NCBI GenBank assembly: GCA_004764695.1
Contig: SMSO01000035.1
Location: 2,170,001-2,234,000 of the forward strand
Length of the DNA stretch: 64,000 bases
Source of the DNA: Schizochytrium sp. TIO01
Taxonomy: Eukaryota; Protista; Bigyra: Labyrinthulomycetes
Reading direction: 5' to 3'
The position numbers and the translations under genes are program-made. Positions 39,801 through 54,800 of the stretch are shown one piece after another. The notes beneath the pieces were generated by a model. It had not been told where the DNA came from and made no database searches. It saw nothing but the letters and a program-made list of their open reading frames with translations. Within the stretch, counting starts at the first letter, position 1. The number at the start of each line of letters is the position of its first letter.

Positions 39801-42800
39801 TGCAACATGCTATCTACCACCTATTGCAATGAAAGAAGAAAGTGGATTTTCAGTGTCGATTGAGTCTGAAGGTCTTTATATAGGCTCTAGTGATGTCCAA
39901 GCGGTTCTTCCACAGATTGCTGTATCCACGACTGGAAGCAGAGTGGTATCCGGCTTCACTCCCGTTCTTGCTTTTTTACAGGGTCCGGAGAACATGCGAG
40001 TTGTGATCCACCCAGCTGATGTCGCACGCTTAGGACTTGTTGTGTCACGTTCCAGCGAGCTTGGTAGTATTACATTGCAAGCAAGCACACTGTGGGCTTT
40101 GAATGAAGCATTAGGCAGCTGTGTGATACAACGCAGATCAAGTGTACCCTGGAATGGAACAGCTCAGGTTTCGTTGACTCTAGATTATATGCATGTTTTT
40201 GATAACATTCTTACAGTTACAGTAGAGCCAATATCGTTGGTATTTTGGGAGACAACAGGGCAGCCCGGAGTACTGAACCTTCCAACGCTCGCATCTGATT
40301 CACGGGTTTCTTACAGACTGCACCAAGGGCAGCAGATTAAATTTGAGGGTTTATCCATTGCCTCGGGGTTTTATTTGCCAGATTCATCCCTCAGGTCGAT
40401 TCTAGTACAGACATCGTCATCACATGGATTATGGTTGCAAGATGCAGAAGGAATTCTTCAAGGGGCTGTAAAAGGAGGGACATCAGCATCTGAGGACTCA
40501 ATTCTAATTATTTTGGAGCCCTCCAGTAAGAATGACAGCAGTACTGTTTTCGAAAGCCAGCTCTTAAATATGACTTGTGATATAGATTTTGAAACTCACA
40601 TAATCAGTACTAGTGATGCAGTTTCATCAGATAATCTAAGTGGGACCTTCCAGGTAACTTGGAATGGTCAGGTTACGCAGCAATTGAACCACAATATTTC
40701 TAGTGATGAAATGTCAACAGCCTTACAAGCGCTCACCGGATCTGATTATCTTCTAGTATCGCGTGAGGCGAACTCAGACTCTCTTGCTGGAGAGAGTTTC
40801 ATATGGTCAGTCACTTTTGCTGATGCTCTTAGTGGCCCAACAGGTCTTGAATTTGGTATTCTTGATGCTATCTTTTCAAGCTCTTCAGTTGAAGTTCAGG
40901 CGCAGCAAATTCAGTCAATGAATGTACTAGGAGGTTCCTTTCGGCTGAATATTTTTGATCAGACTACTGATCTTATCCCATACGATGTCACTCCTGAAGA
41001 CCTACAGGACGCTATTTCAAATATAGCTCCATGTTTACTATTTAATGGAGTTTCTGTCACCCTTGCAGACTCTATCACTTGGAACCAGCGTATCTTTCGT
41101 ATACAATTCAATATACTTGGTCATTTCCCTTTATTAGGTGCAGATATTGCAAGTCTCGAAGGCGATGGCGCAGCAATCTCTGTTGCACGGGAGCAAGTTG
41201 GCTCCGATAGACCTTGGGCTCTGTTTCAGCTTGTGCATAATGGAATGAGCTCCTCACTCCTAAGTTCCCGAAGCGGTATGATTGAGTTCGCCCAAGCCCT
41301 TGAACAAATCGGTTTGACTGATTATGTGATCACTCAAAGTGGTCATCCAGATGGGGATATGTTCAATGGGTTTGTGTGGTCCGTGCGGTCTGCAAGTGCA
41401 ATAAACTTAGAGATCCGTACACTGGCTTCTTCGGACAAAGATTTGTGGATTACCTCTACAACAAAATCAATAGAGCTTCAAGCTCGAAATGATAGGTCTA
41501 TGAATTTACTCCTGAGTGCGCTTCGTCTTTGCCCAGATGGTTACCGGGTGCCTGGCCGTTCTTCTCTTTCATTTTCAGTTGTCAAAGATCCACGACCAAC
41601 CATTAGTGGCCAATCTGGGGAGCTTCTAATCGATCTCTTTGCAAATACCACAGGCAGCCTAGTAGGAAGTAAAGCTTCATGTAGTCTACAAGATTTGGAT
41701 GATTTAATAAGTGTGGAGGGACTGTTTCCTACATTTGGCAATCTTCTCGAACATCAAATGCTACGGCTTACATGCGCGCCACAACAAAAGCAGTATCACC
41801 TCAGAATCACAAGCTCTCTTGGTCACTTGTATGTCCCAGGGCATTTGAGAGTTGCTGTTATTGAAGGGAAGGCTGCAATTGTATCTCCCACTACTCCTGC
41901 ATTTCAAACTTCTGGTGCTGCAAATCTTACCATGCTAGGTTCGCCAGCTATGCTTGAAGAAGCTCTACAACAAGTTGGGTACTCGATCTCGAACAAAGAG
42001 TCAGTAAATTTTGCCCAAGCTACGCCTCAAGTAACACACTTACAACTTTCTACTCAGCGAAGTGCTACAGCAAATGCTAACAATCCATCTGTTTATGTGC
42101 TACAAACGATCTGCACTTCAGGCATAGTTTCTGGGACATTTAACCTGCAAGTGAGCATCGAGATCTTAGATACTCAGAAGAGGGTACAAGGCCTTGTCAG
42201 CGTCATGACAGCAACACTAGACAGTCAGGCAAGTGAGGAGGATGTAGCTTCAGCACTTCTTAACCTTACGGAATGGCCAGAGGGAGAGACTGTAGAGGTT
42301 AAACGCGCAAGTGAAGCCAACGCACAGCTGACTTGGACGTGGGAGATTACAGTCGTTCACACAGCCGCAGCAAATGGGCGTATTACAAATATTGAGACCA
42401 AAAACGAGTCGTTTGTGTCCTCCAATCTCCAAGTGCAGCCTTCAGCAATTATTTGGGGTATGCCTTCAACTATGACTTCAGAAGTCACTGTATCCTGCCT
42501 TGGAGGGCGTATAGAGTTCAATGCAGTCGCTACAGCAGAAGAAGTTCAACTTGCATTCCCATTTATGGTAGTGGTGACAGGGGGATTGGGATCTTTCTTC
42601 ATTCGCCGCGACATTCTTGGTGCAAGTTTGCCTGAGCTGAGCTGCAGTAGTGACGATTCTTCCATCATTATTCATGAGACGATCTATTCAGAAAGCCGCC
42701 CTCTATGCCGTGACACAATTCATTTTGAAATATCTGATCCTCACAGTGGAAATATTCTTCTGATCAGACAAATTTCAGTTGACAGTATAGCGAGTGTAAG

Positions 42801-45800
42801 TGAGCTGACTGAAGCTTATCTGGGTGTATTTTCTCTCTTTCCACTTTTGCACCTACGAGACGATGGAAATTATACAGCTGTACAATTATCTGGGTTCATA
42901 TTGGAGTCGTCTACAAAGGATAACTTTCCTGTGCCACTGTTTTGCGAAATAGAGTCTGCGGCCAATGCTGAAGTATATTTTTTATCTCCAAGTGGAGATA
43001 AACTTCAGACGCTAACAGCAACATCCTTTGCCACTGCGAAGGCTTCTGTAGGTAAAGAACTTTGGTATAACCCCGCTTCTTTATCTGGTGAATCAGATAC
43101 TGTTACACTTCGTTGTAAACTCGAATTAAACTCGAATGGAGAACTTGCCTACCAGGAAGCCTTTGTGGACCTATTCGTTAGCCACGATTTCGTTTCATTT
43201 TGGATTGTAAATGCTCCTGATTCATTGTCGCTTCAGCCAGGAGATTTATGGAGCTTTGCAGACCAAATAAGTGTTAACACCTCCTCCACAGAAGCAGTAG
43301 AACTTACAATTCAAGCACAGTATGGGTCAATTGCAGGGAGCGAAGTAATTGCAGCTTTATCGACAACTATGCAAGGGTTGCGTCGATTGCGTTTTTCGTT
43401 AGCCGCGGATCGCAGTAGAATTGACCTTTATGGATTCGGCACTGACATAAATTTTGCTTTGAAGGAGCTTAGCTACTTCGCAGCTCGCAAAGGTGAGACC
43501 AACTCAGACATTATTGAAATTATTCTTGATGGGATGCTTCAAGCTGTTATTCGTGTGAATATCCATCCTCAAAATGGTATACTTCTAAACGCGGATTGTG
43601 AATTCTCGAATGGATGTATAGTTTCCCTTGAAGAGGATACAACAGCATGGGTCGCTTCAGTAAGTGGTCTTTATGTCAATGAGGATGCAATCTCACAATG
43701 TGGTGATATCCCTCTTTCATTCCAAGCTGTCTCAACTCGTGGAGCTCTATTTTCGGGATATATTTCAGATATCGAGCAAGGCGGAAGTACAGGAATGGGA
43801 GTTCTTTCATGGAGCGCCGATTCCACCAAAACCAGCATCCGTGCTGGCTTAGATGCCCTCTTGTATACTCCCAAAGAAGATTGGAACGGGCAAGATCTAA
43901 TCTCTATCATATATACTTGCGGTACGCAAAGGTCTCGACTGGACATAACTGTGATGGTGAAACCAGTCGAAGATTTACTCTCACTTGAAACCAAATTGAC
44001 GTCGCAAATCAATATTGGGAATGCCGATACCAAGGTAGGATATTTTACGGTTGTCGACCCTGACCAGATTGGCCACACGTGTGATATGAACATCAAAATG
44101 TCTGCTACAGTTCTATACGGTACCATAGGTATTGAGGATATCAATGGATGCGCATCAGGTGGTGGAGATGCAATGCTTAAAGCAACAAATCAATCTCTTC
44201 AACTTCGTGGATGTGCGACTCGACTCAATGCAGCACTTCATACTTTATTCTATAAGGGACCAAAGGTGCCTCCCATTGATCTGCAGGATGTTTTAACCGT
44301 GACAGTTGAGCGGGTAACAGCTGATGCGAGACCCGCGATGTCCTCAGTAACAGCAAGTATCGTTTTGAAGCTACCAATTACTACTGCAGAGCGATTCCCT
44401 AGTCTGGAGCGACGTGTACTGTCTACTATCGATGACTTTCTACCAAGGTCAACAGTCGAAGCGGCTCTTGGGAGCGAATTGAAAATTGCTGAGTACTTAA
44501 TTGTGAAAGGGGCACTCCTACCACAAAGTAAAGAAGTAGCAGCGGGTGCACTACTTACTATATCCACCAAAGTTGGAACCCTGAGAGTAAATGCTGATAG
44601 ACTTTCACGAGGCCGCTCAGTTAGAATTGCTCTAGTCTCGGATACCCAGATCACCCTTCAGGTCAGTGCAGAGCTTGAAGCTTTTCAGGCTGCTCTTGCT
44701 GCGGTGTCGTATCTTGCTATTCCCTCCGCGCAATCTTTACATAAATGGTTGCCCCGCGAAAAGCATTGGGATGTAGTTACGCTAAGTGTTCGTCCCATAA
44801 TACATTCAGCACATAGTGACCTGAATGACATGTATTCGGTTTCTGTCCCTATCAAGCTTTGGGTTCCCCAAGAACTAATTTTACCAGATTTTCGTATCTT
44901 CGGAAAAGGTTTTGACAGTGAAAGAGGAACCATTGCCCAAGGAGAAAGCTTTGAGATAGCGATTGCTCAAATTGATTCTTTGGAGAAACTCGCCAACCTC
45001 CTCGATGTGAGTGCCGAGGATGTTGAGCTAAGAATAGTCAACCAACCTGCCGTGGGTCACTTCGAGATCTTAGCACAAGCTTGCTACTTTATTAGGTGCG
45101 AGTTATCAAGTGACCAAACTGAGGTTGTCTTGCGTGGGTCTTTTCAGCATATCTTTGAATACTTGCTACCTGAAAATGGATACCTAAAGTTTGTTGCTCC
45201 GACCTCTGGGGCGCTAGGAACTATATCAGTTCTCGCCACGCTCCTGCATATTAGTTCAGAGCTGTACAAGCAAAGCACCTTTCAACTTGACATGATTCAG
45301 ACAAATTTCCACGAGTCGTGCATTCTTGACAGCCTTGAGCTTTATACAGACACATGGCTACAAACAATAGCTCTTGAGAAGCCAGCAGGCATCGGGATAG
45401 TGCTTCAAAACAGAGTAGAGCTCAGTCGTGACGCAGTAGTTACTGCCTCACTGGAGGTTATCAAGGGAAAGGCAGCACTGATTCCTCCGTCTGACATTGG
45501 TTCTGATGTGGAAACACAGTGGTCTAGTTCTGAAATGGTGGTTTTCCGTAGCACTCCAACAAGAGTTAGCGAAATCCTTCGACTTACCCAGATTTTTGCA
45601 GGAAACAATCAAGAGAGGAATGACTCAGAAGATCTCCTCTTCGCCGAACTTCGCGTGAAAATTTCAGCCACAAATTGCTCGCGTTCTCTCGTGCAAGGTA
45701 CTCTTTTCTATTTTGAGGGAAAGTTTGCTAATATAGCATCCACAAATGACACTCTGAGCGTTAGCTTGAATGCACCTGGAGAAGACGTCCTCGTGTATTC

Positions 45801-48800
45801 GCAGGAAGCATTTCTTCTCAATTCTTATGTGTCTCTAGAAAGCTTGGGTCGCGATTATCAAACAAAAGATTTTCCATATGTGGTTAAAATATCGAGTTCA
45901 GCAAACCGTGGCAGATTTCATATCAACGGAATATGTGGCGATGCTGTGGGGGCTGTTTCACAAGCACATGAGATACGTCTAGCAGCCAAACAATCAGAAC
46001 TGCTTATTGCTTGCTTTCAGAAAGTACAATATGTTGCCCCTTTAATAGAGGGTATAGACATCATCTCAATCACAGACGGTCTCCATAACGTGACTCTACC
46101 TGTTTTAGTACTACCTTCAAGAACACCATACATTATTGAATCGCGAAGTACACATTCTATGGCTGAAATAGAAGAGGAACATCTCGATAGCTTAGACTTT
46201 AGCAGTATATTTGGATCACTCTCCTTGTATACCGATGGAAGTATATTGATCGGCGAAAAGTCTTTATATTTAGACATTCATCCTGATCGCAAGGGCGCTA
46301 GAATCTTCTGGAGTTCCGAAAAGTCACCCAAAGAGTACGCCGTGGAGGTAAGCACCATTCCAGAGACTAATATTCTGCGTGTAAGAGGCAGTCTTCAAGA
46401 TATTGAAAATGTCATACAAACGCAAGGCCTGATCTTTTATTCCAAACCCAAAGAGACATGGTGTGGTAAAGACAGAGTACGCATGAGTATAGATGGAATA
46501 CCAGTTCAAATGTTTGCACTAGACATTGTCTGTCACGGTCCAGAATACTTACCAAGATGGAATTACAGTGATTCCCTTGAATCCTTGTATGGAGCTGAAG
46601 GTGTATTTCTGAATCTTAGCAATGCCAAGCTATCCGTAGTCGACCGAGCGTCTGAGACCCATGGCTGTGATTCTGAGGCTTGGATGGTTCGCGTAACTGT
46701 AACTGCAAGCATCCCTGGCTCCGTGGAAGATATTGCGTTCACCCTTTGGAACCATACGCCCGGGGTGTTTACGTCTTTTGGTCGACGGGTAGAATTAATC
46801 GGGTGTTATGAGAACGTGAACGTTGCAATTGGGCAGCTACGATATAAGCCGCCAGTTGGATTTGCTGGGGAAATGATTCTGCAATTTGGTGTAGGTAGAA
46901 TATCCTCTCTAGATGCTGACCAGGGAACCTACAGCGTCAGAGTGCAAGTGCAAGCAAGTGATAATGGACCTCGTATCTTGTACTTCCCACCTAACTATGC
47001 CTTAAGGGTCCAAGAAGGAGAGAGCATTATGATCGGGAACCTTGTCATTCGAGATACCAATGCCGAACGCAGAGATCGAGATGCGTATATTCTTACAGTT
47101 TATTTTTCAGCAGGCACTCTTCAGATTGGTCCCGACGAAGGACTAAATCTTATCACAAATTATGAAAAGAATTCTATTCAACTACGTGGATTGATCACAG
47201 ATATCAACCATGTTCTCCGAGATATAGTCTACATTGCGCCTTTACAGTACTCTGATGAAGTTCGAATTGAGGCAGTCGTATCTGATAGTATTGGTCATTC
47301 TTCACGTGTATTAACTGAAGTTCTAGTGGAAGGAGCAGAAGCAACACTTTCCTTCATTGAAGGCAATCGTACTCTTATTGCGGGAAATAACTACTTATCC
47401 CACCCTCTGCTTGTAACAAAACCTGAATCTGATATCAGCTTGGAGAATGTGTACTCTCTGTCTCAAGATTTGGGCACCACGACTTTTGCAGAGTTGAAAA
47501 TCACAGCTTCTGCAGGTGGAGCTATCCCAGAAATTCAGCAGATCTCTATTCGGAGGTCTACCTTTCTAGATGTACAAGTTGTGCGAGTCACGGCCACGCT
47601 GGGTGCAATCTCTGCGCCAGCAACCTTCGTTCTTTCTTATGATGGCGAGTCTACCACGGCAATTGACCGCATGGCACTTGATGCTGCGTCAAAAGAGATT
47701 GGCGATTCTTTGGGTGAGTCAATAGAGTCCAAATTAACGGCACTTAGTACTGTTGATCGAGTAGAGGTTTCTAGAATACAATACGGCGATTATGATAGTC
47801 GCGAGTGGGTAATCACTTTTTTTCGACAAGAGCCTGGGCCGTTGCTAATCTTAGAATCTGAGAATGATCCCGGCAATGCAGTCGAAATATCTATAGAGCG
47901 TTTGGAAAGCAGCGATGAGATGGTACTCTCAGGGAGTTTTGTCCTTTCTTATGCAGGCCGAACAACTGTACCTCTCTTGTTCTCTGCGCATGCAGCAGAA
48001 CTCGAACGTGCTCTATCTCACATCCCGATTATTGATCTTGTAAAAGTCAACTCCATCTTTCCCAGCAACGACGACGAGGTCTTTGCGGCATGGGAGGTGA
48101 CATTTATCCGACCCGGAGGAGATATACCTTTGCTGAAGAGTCGAATTCTGAATTCAAGTGTGGCAGGCACATCAGTCAAAATGGAAGTCATAGAAGTTCA
48201 AAAAGGTTTTGGTCTTGCACCAGTACAACGAGTCACTACGAAAGCAGAACATAAGAACCAGGTCATAGCTCTTCGCACTACTGCAACTTCAGGACCCTTA
48301 GCAGGAACGTTCCAGTTGTCTCTAGACCTCACGAGTCTTGGTGGGCAGAAAGCAGTATCAACAACAATTGACCACGCAGCTGTGGCCTCTATAAGTGAGG
48401 AGATTGTTCATGCATCACATGGGGCTCGTCCAGGTGAAAGCTTAGAGTCAATTCTGAACAATATGCTACGCAATGCTGCGCGAGGCGTAGAGAACTCGAT
48501 CCGAGAATTTCATTACGCGCAAATGTTCGTTACAGTATCGCGAACAGATCAAATATGTGACTATACATGCCAACTACATCAATCAGACTATAGTGCTCCT
48601 CTATGCTCTGTAAATGCGACATGCGATATGTGCATTGGGAAATGTGCAGATGGCATGGTGAAACGCTGTTATGATGACGATGAATGTGAATCTGGAATAT
48701 GCGAATTCGGGCACGGGGAGTGCCTTTCTACAGGAGAGAAATGCAATGCCCACTCTGATTGCATCGGAACTGGTGTATGTTCAACTTTTGACTGTCGAGC

Positions 48801-51800
48801 AAATGTAGAAGGTGGATACACCTGGATCATTGAGTTTCACAATGCACCTGCAAATCTGCCAATGCTCGAAATATCATCCAGCAAATTATACGCAGATGAG
48901 TCTCCAGATGTATTCATAGGTCTTTTGCAATCTCGTAAGAATGCACCAGAGTTCATAGTCCCAGCGAATTCGATTTCTGGTTTTCTTTTGTTTGATGGAA
49001 CTGCTATTGAATATGCTACGAACATGGCATTAAGCAATTCGAGACTTCTCGTCATTGAAAAACTTCCAGATTTAGAGACTGGTATTGAGCTCTACTTAAT
49101 TGATTTGGGCCGTCAAGACCTAGGCCTCGAATTTCCAGTCAGTGTTAGTGGTATAAACCTGGAGGGTGATGGTGTTAGCTTGGAAACATCTATGGTATAT
49201 TCTGTGCCCCGGTTGCGTAACTCGGTTGAAACTCCAGTCCTCCTGAAACATGGGCCGTCTGGAGCAAGTGTACTTGAAGAGCTTTCATCGAATTCATTAC
49301 GAGTTCAAGGTACCATACGCGAATTAAATGCATTTTTAAAACAACCGAATGGCATTCGCTTGCAATCAAGTTTGAATTGGTATGGACAAGTTGTAGTAAC
49401 ATTTGATGCAGTTGCTCTAGGTAGCACAACTTCTCCCGTGACCAAGAAGGTGCTTGTAAACTTACTGTCACCTACACCTGTGTTGGGTTTTCGTCTAGAA
49501 CGTACAATTAGTGTTTTGCGAGAGGATCTAGTCAGCCGTGTGTTTACTTTAATGCCAGCATTTTCTAGTTCTGAGATTAACTCTGAGAGTATTCAATTTT
49601 CGCTCACAGGAGATGATGAGCTTCCTGTGTCACTGCAGGTCACGACGACAAACAAGCATAGAATATGGATCGACCCAGTCAATAGGCTTCTCCATAGAAG
49701 TGTTTCATCTTCTGAAGCGTCCCCCCAGTGGTCAAAAAATAATCAAGCCAACATCGTATTCAACGGCACACTGAGCGAAGTACGCGTGGCACTGCAGAAT
49801 CTTCGTTTTCAACCACAAGCCCTCGGTATTGCAGAGTTAGCACTCCAGCTAAAGGTTGATGAGCGCTGTTGGTCGAATATGGCAGTTTCATTGCCAAAAC
49901 CAATTACACGCTTGATTCAAATTCAAGTAAAGCCGATCGATACACCATTGGATTTCGTAAATCATACACGGAGTCGCACAGTAAATATCGAGGAAGGCGA
50001 AACGAAACTGCTGCTTCAAGGTCTTGCTTTGATTCACCCTGAAGCAAACGATTTGATTGTTGTCTCTCTCGAAGTTCAACGTGGTCTTCTAGAAATTCAA
50101 CTCGACTCATCTTCGTGGACTACCGGCAGCATCATTCAATTAAGTGAGGATAAGAAGAGCTTGTACATAGAGTCTTCGCGAAGTTCTTTCAATGACCAAA
50201 TATTTCCACACGTGTTTTATAAATCGCGCCATGAACACTACACTGGGGTTGATGCCGGTGTATTGACTGCCACAAACAAGGCTACGCGACGCTCCGTAAG
50301 CATCACTTTGCTGATGAATATTAGCTCAACCCTCGACAACTTACAAGTTCGTGTGAAAAGCCCTCATGTTCCATTAGATATCAACGAAGATGAACCTTTG
50401 CCTTTGTTTGATGTTTTCACGATTGAAGATGTCGACATAAGAGAGGAGAATGAGTACCAAAATGGAAATATCACTCTTATACTCGAAACACAAGCACTCC
50501 ACGTCGATCTCCAACAGGCTATTCATACATCTGCTGAGGATGGATTAATTACAGGCTATTTCAAGGTATCCATAGACTTGCGAGCTTGGGGAGGCTCCCT
50601 CGTTGTTTCTGATCGCATCTCAGTCGACGCAGTTGCCAGTATCACAGAAGAACGAACAACATACACGCCAGGGACAGACCGAGGGGAGTCTATGGAGTCC
50701 AAGGTCAACAAGATGCTTTCCTTCGCACAACTTAACTCGACACTTGTTGACCCCATAACTGTATCGGTCACAAGGTCGAATATCGTCTGCAATTATGGGT
50801 GCAAATCCATACCAACTACCTACGATGAAACTAATCTAGAGTGTTCCCAGAATTCTCATTGCGATCTGTGCGTAGGATACTGTGACTCAGGCTCCGTATA
50901 TCGCTGTTCCTCCGATGATGAATGCGCAGGGTCCTGTGTTTTTAGTTCTGGTGAATGCCTTTCTGATGGTTCTCCATGTACCAACCAGAATGCGTGTAGA
51001 AAAACAGGTATTTGTGAACAATCAAACTGTACTGAGAGCCTTGTAGGGGGGCTGACATGGATTGTTACTTTCCATAAAGCACCGTGGGATTTCCCACTTC
51101 TGGATGTTTCCGAGGTTGCTCTATCCGGTGCAACAAATGCACGTGTCGACAATGACATTATTCCAGCTAGGAGTCCAGCTCTTGCTGTTCAGCCACCGAA
51201 CGAATTGGGTGGTTCGTTTCATGTAAATGGTCACGAGCTTCCTTTTAATGCTAGCGCAACAGAAGTTCATGAGGTATTTGAAAAACTCAGAAATGAACTA
51301 CTTTTGAGGAATAGCACGTTCCATGGTCCAGAGGCTAGGAAAATTCCGATTGACATGGGCCCTCTTGAGGTTTCACGATCAAGCCCGTCGCTAGAGCACG
51401 GTTATATATGGAGTATTCAAATGTCTATCGTTGCTTTGCGTTTTGCTTCTGCTTTATTTGTTGATGGCGCACAACTTTTAGGCACTGGCGCTCAGGTATC
51501 AATCAATGTACATCCCGACATAGATGTATCTTCATATCCAACAGCTTTATTGCAATTGAAGAGCTCACACGGGGTTATGGGGTATCCTAGTACTGGTTTA
51601 TCAGGTAGTTTCAGGGAAATAGAAATGACTTTACTTGATTCTCGTTCGATTGGCCCCTTTTTATCACAGCTATATTTCTTCCCAGATCAAAATTGGAATT
51701 CGAACTCAAACAAAGCTTTCGCAGCAATTACCCTGGGAGTAAGCAAACTAAATGATACCGAAATGAGTTTGGTATCTGCAACGCAGTATATCTGCGTTCA

Positions 51801-54800
51801 ACCTGTCAACGATGCACCAGTGCTGATCATCCCAGGTGCAATTCTAGATCCTGCTAATTTAACCGATGATCAACAGTCTGGTCGAATTAAATCTATCACG
51901 CCTTTTGAGGTTCGTGAAGGCACCTTAACGTCGTTTCATGGCGTGTCTATTCGTGATGTGGATGCAGGTAAGAATATGCTTCAAGTAGAGATTTTAGCAG
52001 TCAATGGGTCTGTATCTCTTGGAGCAGATGTGGCGTTGGAAGTTCTAGATATAAACGCATCTCGACTTACTATGCTCGGAAGTCTCAGCGCTATTAATTA
52101 TGCACTTGAGCAACTTCAATTTCAGAGCTCCAATATGTATGGCAAAGGAGGCAATTCTTCAATTTTCTTGAGGGCTTTAGATGTTGGTCACAATGGCCAA
52201 ATCCATACTGTTGGAGATGATCTAAGTGATTCTGTCACAATACCTATTCGAGTCTCTCCAAATGACGCTCCACCTGTTTTGGAGCTTCCTGAAGACGCTA
52301 ATGCTTGGTATAGTGTTGAAGATGAGGGAATGGTGCTGCCCGGAGTTCACATTGACTTCCTTAACTATGACCCATCAGACGAAATTACCTTCATTGCATC
52401 TGCTGCTTTTGGTAGTATTAATACTCCTTTGACGTTTGATCATGTATCGATTCAATCTAATAGTACTTCAGGAGACCTGCGTGTAGGCGGCACGGTTGCT
52501 GCAGTGAATACAGTTCTCAAGGCACTTTTGTATGAACCAGAATCCAATTTTAATTCAAAGGATTATGGAGGACCCGACTCATTACAATTTACTGTTTCGA
52601 GCAATAGAGGAGATGTTGTACAGCAAACAGCATCAATATATATTGATGCAGTTAATGATCCTCCTTTTATATTTGTTCCAGAGGCAACAGTTACGTACGA
52701 TGGAGTGGGGCGTAATACGACAGTTGCAACTCCCATCTTGGAAACAAATGAAGACGTTCCATTCATTCTTCCCAATGTACAAATTCATGACGCAGATGGC
52801 GCCTTAGAGGTTATCCATGTGACGTTCATGTGTACGTATTGTGCTTTTTCACTTATGGATGCAATGGCATCTTCAAGCATTGAAGTTCACAAGGGCGCGC
52901 ATAACCTAACGTTGCACGGGCAACTCTCGAGAGTCAATGCTGCTTTAGGTGGGCATCTTGGTACTGGACTTATATTTACACCTCTGCGAGACTGGTTTGG
53001 TACAGACACCATCTGGATCTACACAGAAGATGAATTCGGCAGCTCCGATAGTGTATCTCAGACTGTGATTGTGCACTCAGTTAATGATGCCCCAATCTGG
53101 GTCTTACCTGACCCATTGAGTCTTCAGGTAGATGAAGACGGGGCAATAGCGCTATCTCCTGTAAGAGTACTTGATCAAGATGCAAGTTTGGATGACCCAG
53201 TCTTGGTCTTTATTGAGCCCGCATACGGCAGTGTCTCTGTCCGTCGCGAATCGCCTACACGACGTATAACATTGAATAACACTCTACGCCTTGTAAACGC
53301 AGACTTAGCTACCTTGATGTATTTTCCTGCTACACAAACTCATTCAATGGACGATGCAGTTGAAGGTGAAACAATAACTTTCATAGCTGATGACCTCGGG
53401 AACAGAGGTTTGGGAGGAACTCAAGTTACGGAAAATTCTATAGCAATTGACAACATTGTACCATGGTCTGATCGTCCACGACTCTTGGTGCCAGGTGCAG
53501 TTTTTGCAAATTCAACCACATGTCAAGAGAGCACGCGAATTTCTTTGCCACGTCGTGTGGAAGATAACTCGTTATTTGACATCTGTGGGACTATCATTGA
53601 TGTAATACCTTTGGTTGGTTTGGAGGATGAAGACCTTTGGGTGGAAGGTGTACAAGTTGAAGACAAGGACTATGACATCTCACTCTCGCCTCGTCGTTTG
53701 GCAGTCCACCTTTATGTGACATCGGGAGTAATTCAAGTGAGACCACATGGTGCTTTAGATATAATGTATGAGAACAACGGCCGAGCAATTCGACTGCAGG
53801 GTTCTCCATCAGAAATCAATGATATTCTTTCGGCAATCCTTTATAAGCCCGATAAACATTGGTTTGGTCAAGATCATCTCAGCATAACCGTTGAGGATTC
53901 AAGTTACAGAGAAGTTGCTGTCAAGGGAGGTGTTTCTCTTCGTGATCAGCAGAGTGTGCCTCTTTTTATTACTCCGGTTCAAGACGTACCACAGTTCACT
54001 GGCAGTCTATTGAAGCGGTTTGGAGGCGCTGCAACGTTGACCTCTCTCGAAGATACTCCGTTACTTCTTGCCGGACCTCACCAGGGCTTGTCAGTAGAGC
54101 ACCCTGACGGAGAATCATGGGAAATTGTCTTTATTGCGGTTGCTCAGCACGGAAGTTTTTCTTTAGACCCAAAAGGAGTTGCAGAAGTGCAATACATCGC
54201 AGAGCTTACCCGTGCACCTGGATCAGCAACGAAGAAAGAGATCGATGTTTTTGCATTTCAGGCGAGCGTCGGGACTGTAAAAGAGGCAATTAGTCACATT
54301 GTATACATTCCAGAATTGAACTGGCATGGTATTGACGATATTACAATGTTGGTTGCAAATTCAGGAGACCTATTGCTAAATCAGAGTAGTTCAATGGATC
54401 CATTTCTTGCATTTGTATCTGAACAGATTCATCAGGCAACAGGACATAATGGTGTTGACGTGATCGAAGAACGATATTCTTCTGCTACGTTCCATGTTGA
54501 TGTTTACTCTATCAATGATAGTCCAACAATCAGCTTGCTGTCAGGATATGATGGCACTTGGCTAAGCCATGAAGATGAAAGTGTCCTTTTAGAAGGTTTG
54601 ATGGTTGATGATGCAGACAATGATACCTTGACTGTCAAAATTAGTGTAGATCATGGAGTCGTGGAGATTTATGACCTTGGCATTATCGCCAATCAGCTCT
54701 TTGTTGAGGCTAGCAAGGACTCTTACTCATTGCAACTGCGCGGACCTATGTCAGATATTCAGTCTGTATTTGGACTTTCTCCATTTGTTGCTTATATACC

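Noticed and set aside
52606-52614. RGD tripeptide in the giant protein
   Set aside because: About one occurrence is expected by chance in 7,900 aa.
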